Numbered from the stretch's first letter, positions 25,733 to 38,908 are shown. The stretch is 64,000 nucleotides of DNA from Eledone cirrhosa (GCA_964016885.1 OZ024743.1:58714001-58778000); one strand, 5' to 3'. Notes: a model not told the origin generated them from the sequence alone. Numbers and translations are program-made.

Positions 25733-26354
25733 GAGAGAGAGAGATGGGGGGGGGGGAGAGAGTCTTTTGATCAGGAACGCTGTCAAATTGAAACAGGCTG
25801 TAAACAACGGCTAAAAAGTAAATTGATGAGGTTATGTACGAATATTATAGATGGTATTCAAATATTCGACGTCTAAAATATAGAAACTGCGTATATTATT
25901 TTATATTGGGCTTAAATACTAAAAATTGGATTAAAAAGTGTAAAATTGTATTAATAAAAAAAAAAAAAAATCAAATTAAAATAAGTATAAAAAAGATTTT
26001 TATAAAATAAAATTAAATAAAAAAATAAAAATAGTCTATCTATGTCAAGATAAAAAAAATTTCTATTAAAAATCTATATATGTGGGGTGTAATATTTATA
26101 TTTTATATCAACAAGTAAATAAAGGAAATTGCTAGAATGATTTATAAACGTAGAAAAACATATGATGTCATAATTTGTTTACAAAATCTACGAAGGTTTG
26201 AACGAAAATCTAAGGCTATAGAAAAATGGTCAAAGGTTTAATATATGCTGAGAAAACTAAATTAATACATTGTAGAATATATTGAAATATGTGTTAAAAA
26301 TTAACCGTAATTCGTGGAATATGTTATAGGACATTAGCTATATACTTTGTGAAA

Positions 26355-26404
<50 letters not shown>

Positions 26405-26698
26405 TAAAATAACAGAATAAAGTTTAAGCAAAGAAACATCGCTGTTTAACGGTGAAAGCAGTGATAGATATCTATTGTATTCAGGCCTCGAGAGGTAATT
26501 GGCTCCACCAGGTTTTAAAAATGCCCTAAAAACGCCATATGTTAATATATGGTTCCTACTACTCCCTCGGAAGCTACGGGTCCATACCATAGCATAATAG
26601 ACACACACATACATGTGTGTATGTATGTATGTATGTATGTATGTTTGTATGTATGTATGTATGTATGTATGTATGTATGTATGTATATATGTATGTAC

Positions 26699-27306
26699 GT
26701 CAGGTCACCAGTTGGTGCTACTGGTAACATGTATTCCAGTACAAGCTGTCCCATGGTCGCGTCGTTGGCGACTAAACTGGTAACCCCACCAAGGTTTCTT
26801 GGTGAGCAGGGTGACTTTGGACATCCTGCAAGACTAAAAGCAAAACCTGTCAAAGGGCAAAGGATCTCTTATGAGTCAATGGCCATCGAAAATCACCGGG
26901 AGAGACGACCCCTTACCCTTTGTCAAGGCATAATTCTAGGAGAAGGAAAACTCTGATATAACACCTGCAACCCTGATGGTATCCAATGATGTTGACTTGT
27001 TCTCCTTTTTGGTAAATATCATCTTGGTTAAGAGAGTGGGACTGGCTTTGTGCAGTCCCTTTGCTCACTATAAAAGCTTCACGGCACAGGCATTGCTTTA
27101 TATCTGGAGATCTCTCTGCACTTGTCATCACATGGTACCATGGGCCCAGCACTATGTGTCAGAAATTGTCACAAGTGTAGTGTTTGTACCAGAGTTTTCA
27201 AGTCGCTGGCTGGACAAAAAGTCACACTCGTTCAGCGCATCGGTAGGAGTTCTCCTACATGGATATAAAGTACTGGCCGTACTCGAAAACGAGTTGGCAG
27301 CCACCA
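26699..27306 (+). mobile_element. ~610-bp non-autonomous RTE-derived element, copy 1
   Basis: Highly similar to 49916-50524; RTE-like 5' motif CTAGGAGAAGGAAAACTCTGA; C2H2 remnant (frameshifted here); flanked by (TATG)n. Confidence 0.75.
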
Positions 27307-28299
27307 TGTATGTATGTATGTATGTATGTTCTTCTTGTTTTACCAATAGAGAGTCGGTTTCTAACATAGACACAAGACTCTCTCATTGGAATTTACACAT
27401 CAACTAGACAGATTATGTGTGCATGTCTGAATGCATGCATGTGTAGATATGGATGTTATTGTATGTGTGGATGTGTATGTTTTGAGTTGTATGTGTGCAT
27501 GTGTATATGCTTTGTATCTGTACATGTGTATATGCAGTTATTAGATGCAGAATTTTTGGAATGTTTTACATATTTTTACTGTTCCATTAATGGATTGTAC
27601 TTGTAATTTCCTAACTAGTTGTGTTCTTTCTGTTCCTGTGAAGCCTAGCTTCTCAAGATTTGTATTGAGGCAGTTACTACGTACATGTATGTATGTATGT
27701 ATGTATGTATGTATGTATGTATGTATGTATGTATGTATGTATGTATGTATGTATGTATGTATTTATCTATGTATGTATGTATGTGTACGTGAAATGAATC
27801 AACGAATAATAAAAAAAAACACACCTAGATTGTGAGGGTAGAAAAAAAATCAAATTTTGTGTGCTAAATTATGTTTTACAAATTACATGGAAGTTGGTGA
27901 AGATAAATGAAAGGTAGAACTTACATCAGATGAAGACGTAGGAATTTGGTAGGCGAACAATATTAGCAGAGCTGCGAGATTCATTCCGGTTGTCACTTGC
28001 CACTTCATGGTTGTAGCGATAATGGTGTGGTTTTCAGCAACATTTGCTACTTATATAGATAGAGGTACAAAGATAGACCAGTATATCGTCATGCCATTGG
28101 CTCCCATAGATAGATAGACAGATAGATAGATGAATTGATATGGGGGAGACAGAGAGGAGAGCTGAAGAGAGATAAGGATAGAGAATTAGCTGGTACATTT
28201 GCCATTGATCAGCAGAAATATACATAGACATATTCCCTAATTCCCTATGTCGACGTACATATACGCAACCAGACGGGTACGTCAAACACATATAATCAC

Positions 28300-28362
<63 letters not shown>

Positions 28363-28373
28363 GTGTGTTTGAC

Positions 28374-28435
<62 letters not shown>

Positions 28436-28767
28436 CGGAAATAATTCATGAACTTTCATTGGCCCTTGACTGATCCTCTTTCTAAACATTGACCCTAAGG
28501 CTTCCTCGGATATCTAGTGCTAAAATGATTTGTATTCTATCAGATTTCGCAGAGCTCAATCAACGTTGACTTTATAATCTGAGTCAAAAGAAAATACCGT
28601 TTACTTGTTTTATAATCGAATTAAAGAAACCCTTGAGGAATTTATGTTGGATTGAGCAGTTAACTACTTTGAAAACATTTCATTTAATAACAATTCATAA
28701 AATTGATGATTACTGAAATATTTCCGTCACTACCTTAATCTTGTTTATAAGTTCTTCACAATTCAAG

Positions 28768-28812
<45 letters not shown>

Positions 28813-28998
28813 TTCTTCTTCTTCTTCTTCTTCTTCTTCTTCTTCTTCTTCTTCTTCTTCTTCTTCTTCTTCTTCTTCTTCTTCTTCTTCTTCTTCTTCT
28901 TCTTCTTCTTCTTCTTCTTCTTCTTCTTCTTCTTCTTCTTCTTCTTCTTCTTCTTCTTCTTCTTCTTCTTCTTCTTCTTCTTCTTCTTCTTCTTCTTC
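28768..28998. repeat. Compound microsatellite (GTC)n(TTC)n
   Basis: Direct reading; explains the poly-F/E/R ORFs. Confidence 0.98.
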
Positions 28999-29830
28999 CC
29001 AAGAGGGTCGTTCTGGAAGATTCCTCAAACACTTTCTTCCAGGGGTACTGTCAGAAGCAAGCGTCTCCAATTGATCCAACTTGAACCCCCAAATGCGACA
29101 AGCCAAGCTCGTCGATGTTAACCAACCACCTTGCTTGGGGTTTAAACCTGGGTGTCCTGCGGGTTGATTTTGCTCAATTATTCTAGTTCAATTTGTTGTT
29201 GGTATATGTTTTCCTGATATGTTTTAATGGAGTCGCATGGCATCTCTGTTCGAGTGCTAGGCTTATAATCCGAATGTTAAAATTTGATTTTCCGGATCGA
29301 GTGTCAGATTGGGACCTTGTTTACAACACTTTATTTCCCGTTGCTGCAGTTTACTCAAGCAGACAATATGATTTGCAACGATCCTCGTTCCGTCTTTCCA
29401 TTGTTCAACATCGGCGACGTGAAAATGTGAGACGGGCTGCCTGTATGAGTATTTGTCTTCTCAAAACACTCAGCCTAATCTCATGCATCGCAGGGGCAAA
29501 TCCATAGAGAGGAAATCCTGCGGTGTATAATACATGGCAAATAGTGACAGATGGGGGTTCTTCTCTTCCCCTCATGTAGCTTTTCTTTTTACTTTGTTGA
29601 ACTTGTTTTTCTTAATCATTTAATTTGTAAAACTGCAGTGAGGAAAGCTCTATAGTGTTCCGGAGTACAAAATGATTTGTATTATGACTTTTACTATTTA
29701 ATCTTTGGAGGAAGTGATTAGACAGTAGAATCCTTGTAGAGACATTCATGTTCGTTAGTGCAGATGGATAACTATTCCTATGGGTGTATACACGAGCCAA
29801 ATATCCACAATGTAGCAGAATACGCTAAAC
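28999..29830 (-). mobile_element. Degenerate RTE LINE 3' end running into the (GAA)n tract
   Basis: Minus strand ...ARWLVNIDELGLSHLG...LETLASD....RKCLRNLPERPS resembles RTE/Expander C-termini; the upstream boundary is approximate. Confidence 0.5.
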
Positions 29831-30099
29831 GTTCTCAAAGACCTGAGTAAATTGGTGTTGAGCGACGGATTAAATCCCTCCAACAAGGGCAGAACCTGTC
29901 ATCGCGACGGGCTTCAAAATCACGATGACACTAAAAATTTAGGTCTAGTGCGAATTTGTGTGATTATGTATATGTTCGATCGAGGCAGACGTTAGACTAG
30001 GTAACAGCAGCAATAACAACGTTAAAAAAGGAATTGATGTTTCTTTATATTCATTGTATCGTATGTTTTATCTTTTCTATATGATATTTGTTACTATAT

Positions 30100-30425
30100 T
30101 ACAAACATCTTCTGAAGGTATCGCAACATAACTTTTGACGATATCTCCAAATATGTTATCAAGATATCCCACTAACCCTCCTAATGATGTCACAAAATAA
30201 TTTGCGTAGATATAGCTATATAACTTCTAAAGATATTAAATATGTTGTCAAGATAACCTAATACAACTTCTCAAGTTATCACAGGATAATACGTGACAGT
30301 GTCATAAAATATCTTCTGGTGATATCATAAAATACCTTACCAAGATATAGCAAAACACCTTTTGATGATATTAGAGAATAATTTCTGAAGATAAATCAAT
30401 ATATTTTCTGATGATATAACTATAT
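30100..30425. repeat. Degenerate ~22-bp minisatellite
   Basis: Recurrent TTCTGA.GATATCACAAAATAA-like units. Confidence 0.55.
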
Positions 30426-31323
30426 TTTCATATTGCTTTTTTAAAATTATTATTTAAGTGTGAATATTAGGTATAATGATTCGGTGAAGTGGATTGGATA
30501 CAGATGAAATTCAACTTCAATGTTGATGACTCTCCGACAAACATAGGAAGAGAACGAATTTCAGAGGTTAAGAGGGCAGGAATGTCTGAAGTGATGGACA
30601 TATAGTGTGGTGTTGAAATTAAATTAAATGAACAGTGGAAGAAAAATCGATGCATACTTGAGGCCACTGGGGTGTAGCTTGCTATTGCAATAAAATATAA
30701 ACGATCGTAGAAGACCTCCTAACCATCTCCTTTCACAAATCACTGTTCTTTTTTGAGGAGATAAAACTATCACCACTCAACAACGCATCAGGACCAAGAT
30801 TTGCTATTTTTAGTATTTCTGATACGAGACCGACCTCATTTTGACTAATAACAGCCATATATATATATATATATCCACCGAACTTCCGACTATTAAGGTT
30901 GATTTCCATGGGTATATCGTTACTTATAAAACAAATTTTGTATTTTATCTGATGAAAGCGCACCAAGATTGACATATATATAATAAAATAAATATGGCTT
31001 TATAAAAATAGTTTCCATTTATTAATATCTTTGAATACTTACTCCAGTAAACTGTTGAGTGCTCTATATCAGTTATAAACATTTATGTTTTTCGGAATTC
31101 CAACAAATCAAACACAACTTCTACATATATATGGTGTGGGTTCTGTATGTGTGTGCGGGTTTTTTTTGTGTAAGTGCTTGTATTTGTATACCTATGGCGA
31201 GTGTTTTCGCGTATGCTTGTGTATGTACGTATATGGATGCGTGTATGTATTTATTTCAATTACCTCTGTATTTTATTTACTTTATTCTTAACTCTGAAGC
31301 CGAGAATCATTCGGTTTCCCAGT

Positions 31324-31760
31324 TAGAATTTTAGTCTACGACTTCAGTTATACCATTTACGTGGTTTTGTCTTTGCGCGCATTTGTTCTCCCCGCTCCAT
31401 ATTATGACGTATTTTCTTCATTTTTTCATTGCCAGAGAACGTCTCCATGAATCACCTAATAGAATTTTAGTCTGCGACTTCTTTTATACCATAAACGTGG
31501 TTTTGTCTTTGCGTGTAATTGTTTTTCACCGCACCAAATAATTGTTTCTACTTTTGGCACAAGGCCAGCAATCACCCAGTACATCACTGGTACTTTATTT
31601 TATTGACCCCATAAGGAGGAAAGGCAAAGTTAACCTCGGCAGGATTTGAACTCAGAATGGCAAGGACCGTAACTCTATGCGTAACTCTATGCACTAAATA
31701 ATGACGTATTATCTTCGTTTTTTCCCGTTCTTTGCCAGGGAACGTTTCCACGAACCAAAG
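31324..31760. repeat. 137-bp tandem duplication whose second unit is interrupted by a SINE (~31541-31695, minus)
   Basis: AGAATTTTAGTCT.CGACTTC at 31324 and 31461; the unit resumes with ATGACGTATT at ~31700. Confidence 0.7.
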
Positions 31761-31910
31761 TATCGTCTTTCTGTCTTCCTCCTGTTGCAACGTTTTTTCA
31801 AATATTTACTTCTGCGTTCCCAGGTTGACTTCTTTAGTTTCAGAAGATCCCGTTAAGGGTGAAAGCAGCGATTGTTTGCTTAAACCTTAATCTGTTATTT
31901 TAATAAATAA

Positions 31911-31953
<43 letters not shown>

Positions 31954-32100
31954 AAATAGGATTTCGCTTCAACCACATCTTTATACAATATGTATAGATA
32001 TTTCGTATCTCCAAAGAAATACGGTTTTAGGAAGCCGTAGCTATGCAAACACCGGGGGGCTGACGCCCTCTGGTGATGTCCAGCAGAAGCAAGGCGGACA

Positions 32101-32144
32101 ACCGTCTATGCATTTCAGGCTTAACTGGCCTTCGTCAGGATGGT
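32101..32144 (-). ncRNA. Type I hammerhead ribozyme (minimal, palindromic stem III)
   Basis: ACCATC-CTGACGA-AGGC cagttaa GCCT-GAAAT-GC-ATA|GACGGT. Confidence 0.85.
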
Positions 32145-32420
32145 CCCTCCCACCGCTTGTGACTGCTGGACTAGAAGACAGGCGAGAATATATACTTTTT
32201 TCCTCTGTAAATGAAGCGATTAATCTCATTTGCATATGAAGCTGCATGAGTTGGCTCAACTTATAATGAAAAAGAAATCGGATTTCGCTTCATGCATAGC
32301 TTTATACAATTTGTATAAATATTTCGTATCTCCATGAAATACGGTTTTAGGAAGCCGTAATTATGCAAACAACGCGAGGCTAACGCCCTCTGGTGATGTC
32401 AAGCAGGAGCAAGGGGGACA

Positions 32421-32464
32421 ACCATCTATGAATTTCAGGCTTAACTGGCCTTCGTCAGGTCGGT
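32421..32464 (-). ncRNA. Type I hammerhead ribozyme, second unit
   Basis: ACCGAC-CTGACGA-AGGC cagttaa GCCT-GAAAT-TC-ATA|GATGGT. Confidence 0.75.
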
Positions 32465-32508
32465 CCCTCTCACCGCTTGCGGTGATGTCCAGCAGAGGCA
32501 AGGGGGAC

Positions 32509-32595
<87 letters not shown>

Positions 32596-32882
32596 ATAGA
32601 GTGCCGTTAGCTTTTGCTAAAACAATCTCTATACCTCTCATTTATATATGTTAGAGGTATCGGCTCTGGTCCAATATTCGTTGTTGAACTCTAGGATGGT
32701 TTTACGTGCGGTGAGGATGATGTGAAGTTCATCTGTGGTGATGTCAGAATATTTAAGTGCGAAAGATAGAGCATTATTGAGAAGTGAAGGCGAAATGGAG
32801 GAAAACATTTTTTGAGGAATTTAGGTTAGAGATTGTGTTCTTGAGATTTACAAGGTGCTCTTGTCCTTTGTAAGGGTATCTC

Positions 32883-34519
32883 TTGAATTTAAGATTCTTT
32901 ATTATTTTAGTTAATCAATTCGATATTGCCAGCTACTATTCCTCCATTTCGCCTTCACTTCTCAATAATGCTCTATCTTTCGCACTTAAATATTCTGACA
33001 TCACCACAGATGAACTTCACATCATCCTCACCGCACGTAAAACCATCCTAGAGTTCAACAACGAATATTGGACCAGAGCCGATACCTCTAACAACTTCGA
33101 CATCACAATGGGAGCATCCGATTCATCCCAATTGACTGATTTAATTGGTATCTTCATTTTGAACTCTTTGAGTCGGAAAATTCCTCAACTTCGCGGTGGA
33201 ATTTATCGTGACGATGGACTCTTTACTATCCTAAATTGCAATATAGTTAAACTTAATATTATTAAGAACAATATACGTAATCTCTTTAACCAACATAACC
33301 TAAAAATTGAATTTGATAATAGTATCAAACTAGCTAATTTCTTGGATGTATCTCTTAATCTTGACACTGGCCTATATTACCCTTACCATAAAAACAATGA
33401 TAATCTTAATTATGTTAACTTTAAATCTAACCATCCTACCAATATCAAGAATGCTATAGTTAATAATATTGGAAATAGAATATCTAACATATCTTCTAAT
33501 AAAAACATCTTTGATGCTAACGCCAATTACTATAATAACGCACTTTCTAAAGCCGGCTATCCAGATAAAATCAAATATAATAAAGAAACAAATTCTAGGA
33601 AAACTTACAGTAGAATAATTAATCATGACCATTCCAATAATTTTAATAAAAGACCTAGATACAAAAACATAATCTGGTATAATGCTCCTTTCTCCATCTC
33701 TATTAATAACAATATTCCTAAATTATTTTTTAGTGCCTTAAATAAATGCTTCCCTCCCTCACATATCTATAGTAAAATATTTAACAAACACACCATCAAA
33801 TTTTCGTATTCTACATCCTCCAATATTTCCAACATCATCTCTAAACACAACAACAAAATATTAAATACTAAATCTCTTCCTTCCAATATTGAATTTCATA
33901 ATAACAGTAATAGTACTCCCGACGTCATTGTAAACCCTAGGCTAACTTCTGTAAACCCAAATACAACGTCAAACACAACTTCGCTAAATGTTCATAATCC
34001 AACTCTAAATCAAGAAACTATTATTCCTATTATTCCTATCCAATTCCTTCTATAGATAACACTAGATCACTCATTAATAATCTCTCTAATTGCAACTGCC
34101 GCATTAAAAATAAATGTCCTCTCAACAACCATTGCCTCGATAAAAACTTAATTTATGAATGTAAAATTATAACTAGCACCAATTCCTTCACCTATTTTGG
34201 CTCCACTTCCACCTCTTTTAAAGCTCGTCTCTATAATCACCATTCATCTTTCAAATACAAACTTAAAAGAACTAACACTGCTCTCTCAGAACTCATATGG
34301 TCCTTAAAAGACAAAAACATTAAATATAACATCTTTTGGAAAAAGATTTCTTCTGCATCCTCATACTTGAACAGCTCTCTATCTAAAATCTGTAATCTCT
34401 GCCTAAATGAAAAATTTACCATTATCTCTAACCTAGAATCTATAATAAATAGACGCTCAGATTTGTTTTCTATCTGCCTGCATAAATTCCATAGAACTTT
34501 TCACAAAGTATACAGTTAA
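32883..34519 (+). pseudogene. 5'-truncated PLE RT-GIY-YIG ORF, one frameshift
   Basis: ORF 32883-34055 plus a downstream frame with the endonuclease motifs; the first ~11 codons come from inverted sequence. Confidence 0.85.
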
Positions 34520-34998
34520 TATTCAATTCTTTATCAATTTAGAATCTTTTCTCAAAGGCACATATACATACACCTCTTTAAAATATACCCATCTACCTTA
34601 CTTTAAAGGGCATTATACACTCTATAATACTCGTTTACTCATTACCCTCATTCTATCTTCTCGTAAAATAATAACATTTGTTTTTGACATTTTGAATATT
34701 CATCCGCAATCATTATTATTTTTTCTCTCTATCATAAATCTTTTTAATCTCAATTTCATCCTTAATTTATTATTATTATTTTTTTTTCTCCCCATCAACG
34801 AACTCATTATTAATACATATCAATTCAATATACAAACTTTAACTTCACATTATTTTTCTCAAATCCTTCTACACACAAACCTTAACATTTTTTCTCTTCG
34901 CTAATTTTGAAATTGCCACAATACATACATTTCTTCTTTTGACGTTAGAATATTCACCCACAATTATTATTTTTTTCTCTCTATCTTCATACATAATT

Positions 34999-35412
34999 TC
35001 CCTTCGTTAATTTTCAAATTCCTTTAATTTATACATTATCTTCCAACGGTTCCCAACCTCTCTATATTAAAACAATATATCTTTTTCTCAGTTATAAAAA
35101 CTATCTCTTTCTCTCTATCACCCATCTCTCCCTCTCCACCTTCACTCTCATCTCCTCCCCCCTTTTTTTCATCCTTTCCACCCCCCCTCCCTAAATAAAA
35201 TATTTTTTCCTCGCACATATCCTCCCTTCGTTAATTTTCAAAATTTTTAATTTATACAGTATCTTCCAACGGTTTTCAACCCCTCTATGTAAAAAAATAT
35301 ATCTCCTCTCAGTTATAAAAACTATCTCTTTCTCTCTATCACCCATCTCTCCCTCTCATCTCCCTCCCTTTTCATCCTTCTCCCCCCCCCTCTCTAAATA
35401 AAATATTTTTCC
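34999..35412. repeat. ~224-bp tandem duplication in the PLE3 3' UTR
   Basis: TCCCTTCGTTAATTTTCAAA... at 34999 and 35223. Confidence 0.8.
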
Positions 35413-35508
35413 CAATATCACACATCAATCTAAAACCACTTTTCATATGTTGATTTAAAACTGCACTATCAACAAGTGTTTTTTTAGCCTTCATATCATG
35501 TTCTCCTG

Positions 35509-35575
35509 TTTTATCTGATGAAAACACAAATATTATTGCTTGATGATGTTTGTTTTTGAAATGCGCATAATAAAA
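35509..35575 (+). ncRNA. Type I hammerhead ribozyme, AU-rich, AUA cleavage triplet
   Basis: TTTTAT-CTGATGA-AAAC..(36-nt stem II)..GTTTTT-GAAAT-GCGC-ATA|ATAAAA; stem III palindrome ATGCGCAT. Confidence 0.85.
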
Positions 35576-35776
35576 TATATAATATATAATATAAAATATA
35601 TAATAAAATATATGGAACTCCTTTAACCATCTTTTGATCTTATATTATGCATACTCCAGTCCCACAAACTGTAGAGTGCTTCTTATCCGATATCTGCATT
35701 GCTTTATTGTACTGGTGAGTTTTATTGTAGTACAATAAAGCAATGCAGATATCGGATAAGAAGCACTCTACAGTTT

Positions 35777-35950
35777 CGGCATTATTTGCAATATCGGTAG
35801 AGTGTTTTGCAGCAAAGTGTTACGGCCTTTTATGATCTGATTTCAAATCCCGCCCAGGTTAACTTTGCCTCTCATCCTTACGAGGTCGATAAAATAAAGT
35901 AACAGTAATGCAATGGGATAAATGCTGGCCTTGTGCCAAAAGTAGTAATA
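35777..35950 (+). mobile_element. tRNA-derived SINE (main family)
   Basis: TTGCAATATCGGTAGAG...GATTTCAAATCCCGCC.AGGTTAACTTTGCC..TCATCCTTACGAGGTCGATAAAATAAAGTA...GCTGGCCTTGTGCC. Confidence 0.8.
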
Positions 35951-37319
35951 ATTGTAATATAGGAAAATATATGCCATATCAACATCGTTGCTGCTGTTTG
36001 GTCGTTGATTGATGTAGCTATTACACTTTAGTTCACTGAGATATTTTCAGAATAAGATAGAAACTGTTAACCTCTCAATATCCTATACCCGCAGACACAT
36101 ACGGTGTCTATTTATCAAGAATGTTTCTCAATAACTTTGGTTTGGTTTATGAAACCTGTTCAAATTTAGACTGTATGTTTACAGATATTCAAACGTTGGT
36201 CATTTATATCTATTGTGTACTTAGTATTTTTTCTAATATAACATCTGACTATAATATTTACTAATTTCATCTTATATAACACCAACTTTGAAATATTTTC
36301 TTCATGACTGAACATATATATGTTCGAAAATGAATGACTAACCACTAAATTGATTATGTATGTAAACTATATGGAGATTTGCTTTGAATTCAATATTTGT
36401 ATTCATCACACAAAGAGAAATAATGATATGAAAATATTATTATGAAATCGTTTGATAAGTATTTTATTACTATATTTTATAACAGAAAACAAAATAATTG
36501 CCCAAATGTTGTTAAGTTCCAGTGTTCTATGAGTATCAAGTAATTCAAGCAATCATGATAATTTAATTGTGATTAACAGGAGTTACAAGTTTTATAGATA
36601 CAAGATTGATAGCTGTTCATATTATGGCACACAGTTGTGCAATTCACACTCCTTTCTTTATGTTGTGAAGCGATACGCTACAATTTCATCGGCTGTTTGG
36701 AATTGAGCAATACTTGGTGAGTCTTTAATGAAAGAAGAAACTAGCCTGTCTGATTCTAACTGAATCAGACCAAAGGTTTAAACACATCCTTCTTTTGCAT
36801 TTCAAACATTGTTTAAATATATGTTTATTTATCATGTGGACAAGATAAATGTTTATATTTCATAGTGGAAATATTATTCTAGCGGCTGTTCCGTGATTTA
36901 TGTATTTAGTGGTTAGATAGTCTTTGATATGATCTGATTAATTGCAGATTTTTATCTTTTATTCCATAGGTCGATTGATATTGTCCATAGTCGCAGTATT
37001 TTGTTGTTGTCCTAGTTTGCCTTTGAAATAAGGGCTTTTATAAACTTTTATACTAAAGTGCAAGGCTCTTATTCAATGCACAATTCTCCTTGCAGGAACC
37101 CGGTCACGTTTTAGTTATATATTTCTTGAACCACCTGGAATTTCGTGATGGGTAGTCATTTACTATGTATCAGCCTGTTTAATTTATTATGTGAAAACAG
37201 AATCGAGAGTCTGAAAATCGCAACACTTCATACTGGCCTAAAAAAATTATAGTTTCTACTATGGAATACGCATTCTTGCATATCATCAATAATGTGTCTA
37301 TATGTATCTCTCTCTCTCT

Positions 37320-37474
<155 letters not shown>

Positions 37475-37491
37475 AGATAGGAACGAGTAGG

Positions 37492-37587
37492 ACCCCTACG
37501 GCTGAGCTCAAGCCGTTTCGACGGCTAATTCTGGACTAAATGAACATTTTTATCCTGGTAAATGAATAGCCGAGCTTCTCAGGGGGT
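37492..37587 (-). ncRNA. Hammerhead-like motif, family D (CUGAGAA core)
   Basis: ACCCC-CTGAGAA-GCTCGGCTA...TAGCCGTC-GAAAC-GGCT tgagctc AGCC-GTA|GGGGT. Confidence 0.68.
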
Positions 37588-38908
37588 AATTCCATATATG
37601 GTAAAATGATTGTCACAAGGATTGGCCAAAAGTTTGTTGTTGAGACATAATTCTATCATGGCATTTTGTGGAAGGAAGGGGTAGCTGAACTTGCCAGTAG
37701 AAGAAAGAAGAGGGAGTGGAGGAAACGCAGTCGTGCGTTGAAAGTGACAACTATAGCATAATCCTACGGATAAGAGGTCAAGAGAAGTATACTAGAGAAG
37801 GGGAGAGGGAGGAAGTCGAAACAATAAGTAAATCTATATGGAGTAAATATATTGAAAAATAAGAATGTTAAAAATATTTAAAAAAAAAACACAATTTCTG
37901 GTTACTAATCCCCTACCACAATCATCAAATCTCTCACTGGTATTGCTAAACTATAGAAAAGTTTAATAGGTGGGACGGAATACTAAATACGAGATTGTAG
38001 TGAAATAATTTTATGAGTTAGTAGTAATCGGTCAAATCTATCTTACAATGACAGGTCAACAAGTAGGGTGCCAAAATACTAAAAAAAACTAATACGAAAT
38101 AATAATTCAGAGTCCCGAAACTAATACGAAATATTAATTCAGAATCCCGAAAATGAATACTAATACGATATATAAGAGTACCGCTACAATACATAAATTC
38201 TAATACAAACTACATAAATGCTCGTACGATATATATGAAAAATTTAATACGAAAAATTAATTCAGAATCCCCCCCCCCTCCCCCCAAAAAAATACTGATA
38301 TACGAGAAACTAAAGCAGAGATACCACTAAGAAATCTAGAAATCATGGAAATGGGGCAGCAATCAGATAAGAAAGCAAGTATCTGGGTCTAGCATATCTG
38401 CTATAAAGTGGAGTCGGCCAATTCTGCCATTGAATAGGGGGTGGGTTGGGGGTACTGAGGCTACAGAGGACCGACAGGCTGCCATGGGGTGGGCGAGAAG
38501 GTGAAAAGAGCGACGACAAAGAAGAACTGGAGTGGTAGGACTAGGAAGGGATGGGGGGAAGAAGGAAATATAGAGGAAACAATAAAAAATATATAAGAAA
38601 ATCTTCCGTCTTCCTTTATAAGCAGGGGTTACCCATTACAAAATCAGCAAGTGGGGTGTTACAGCCCTTGTGTACCCCCCCCCCGCCCTCCGCCGGGTCA
38701 TTATGGGGTTTGAGGGCGAGATAAGTCCTACGCAATATGTGTTTGCATGCAGTTACCAATTCTTCTTTCTTGTTTAGGAGTTGGTCCGTCGAGAACAACA
38801 TTTGTAATGTTTCCTCCGAGCATAAGTTACACGGATGGCGTCCTCCCGTGTAAGAGTTGGCTCTTATGACCAATCCTTGTGACAATCACTTTTACCATAT
38901 ATGGAATT

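Larger units (their letters stand above)
31951..32509 (-). mobile_element. Retrozyme-like tandem dimer (320-bp unit) with a hammerhead in each unit
   Basis: 31951-32160 repeats at 32272-32480; no ORF; (TA)n on both sides. Confidence 0.78.
32649..35776 (+). mobile_element. Penelope-like element 3 with rearranged inverted 5' end and fold-back 3' end
   Basis: RT from QFDIASYY (~32916), YRDD, FLDV; frameshift ~34040, then CNCRIKNKCPLNNHC, LIY..YFGST, CNLC, CLH to ~34519; 32649-32803 is the inverse of 32939-33093. Confidence 0.88.

Noticed and set aside
26699-26790. HDV-like or twister ribozyme at the RTE-derivative 5' end
   Set aside because: CTAA-ACTGG and GTCCCA resemble parts of these folds, but P1/P3/L3 or the twister pseudoknots could not be assembled.
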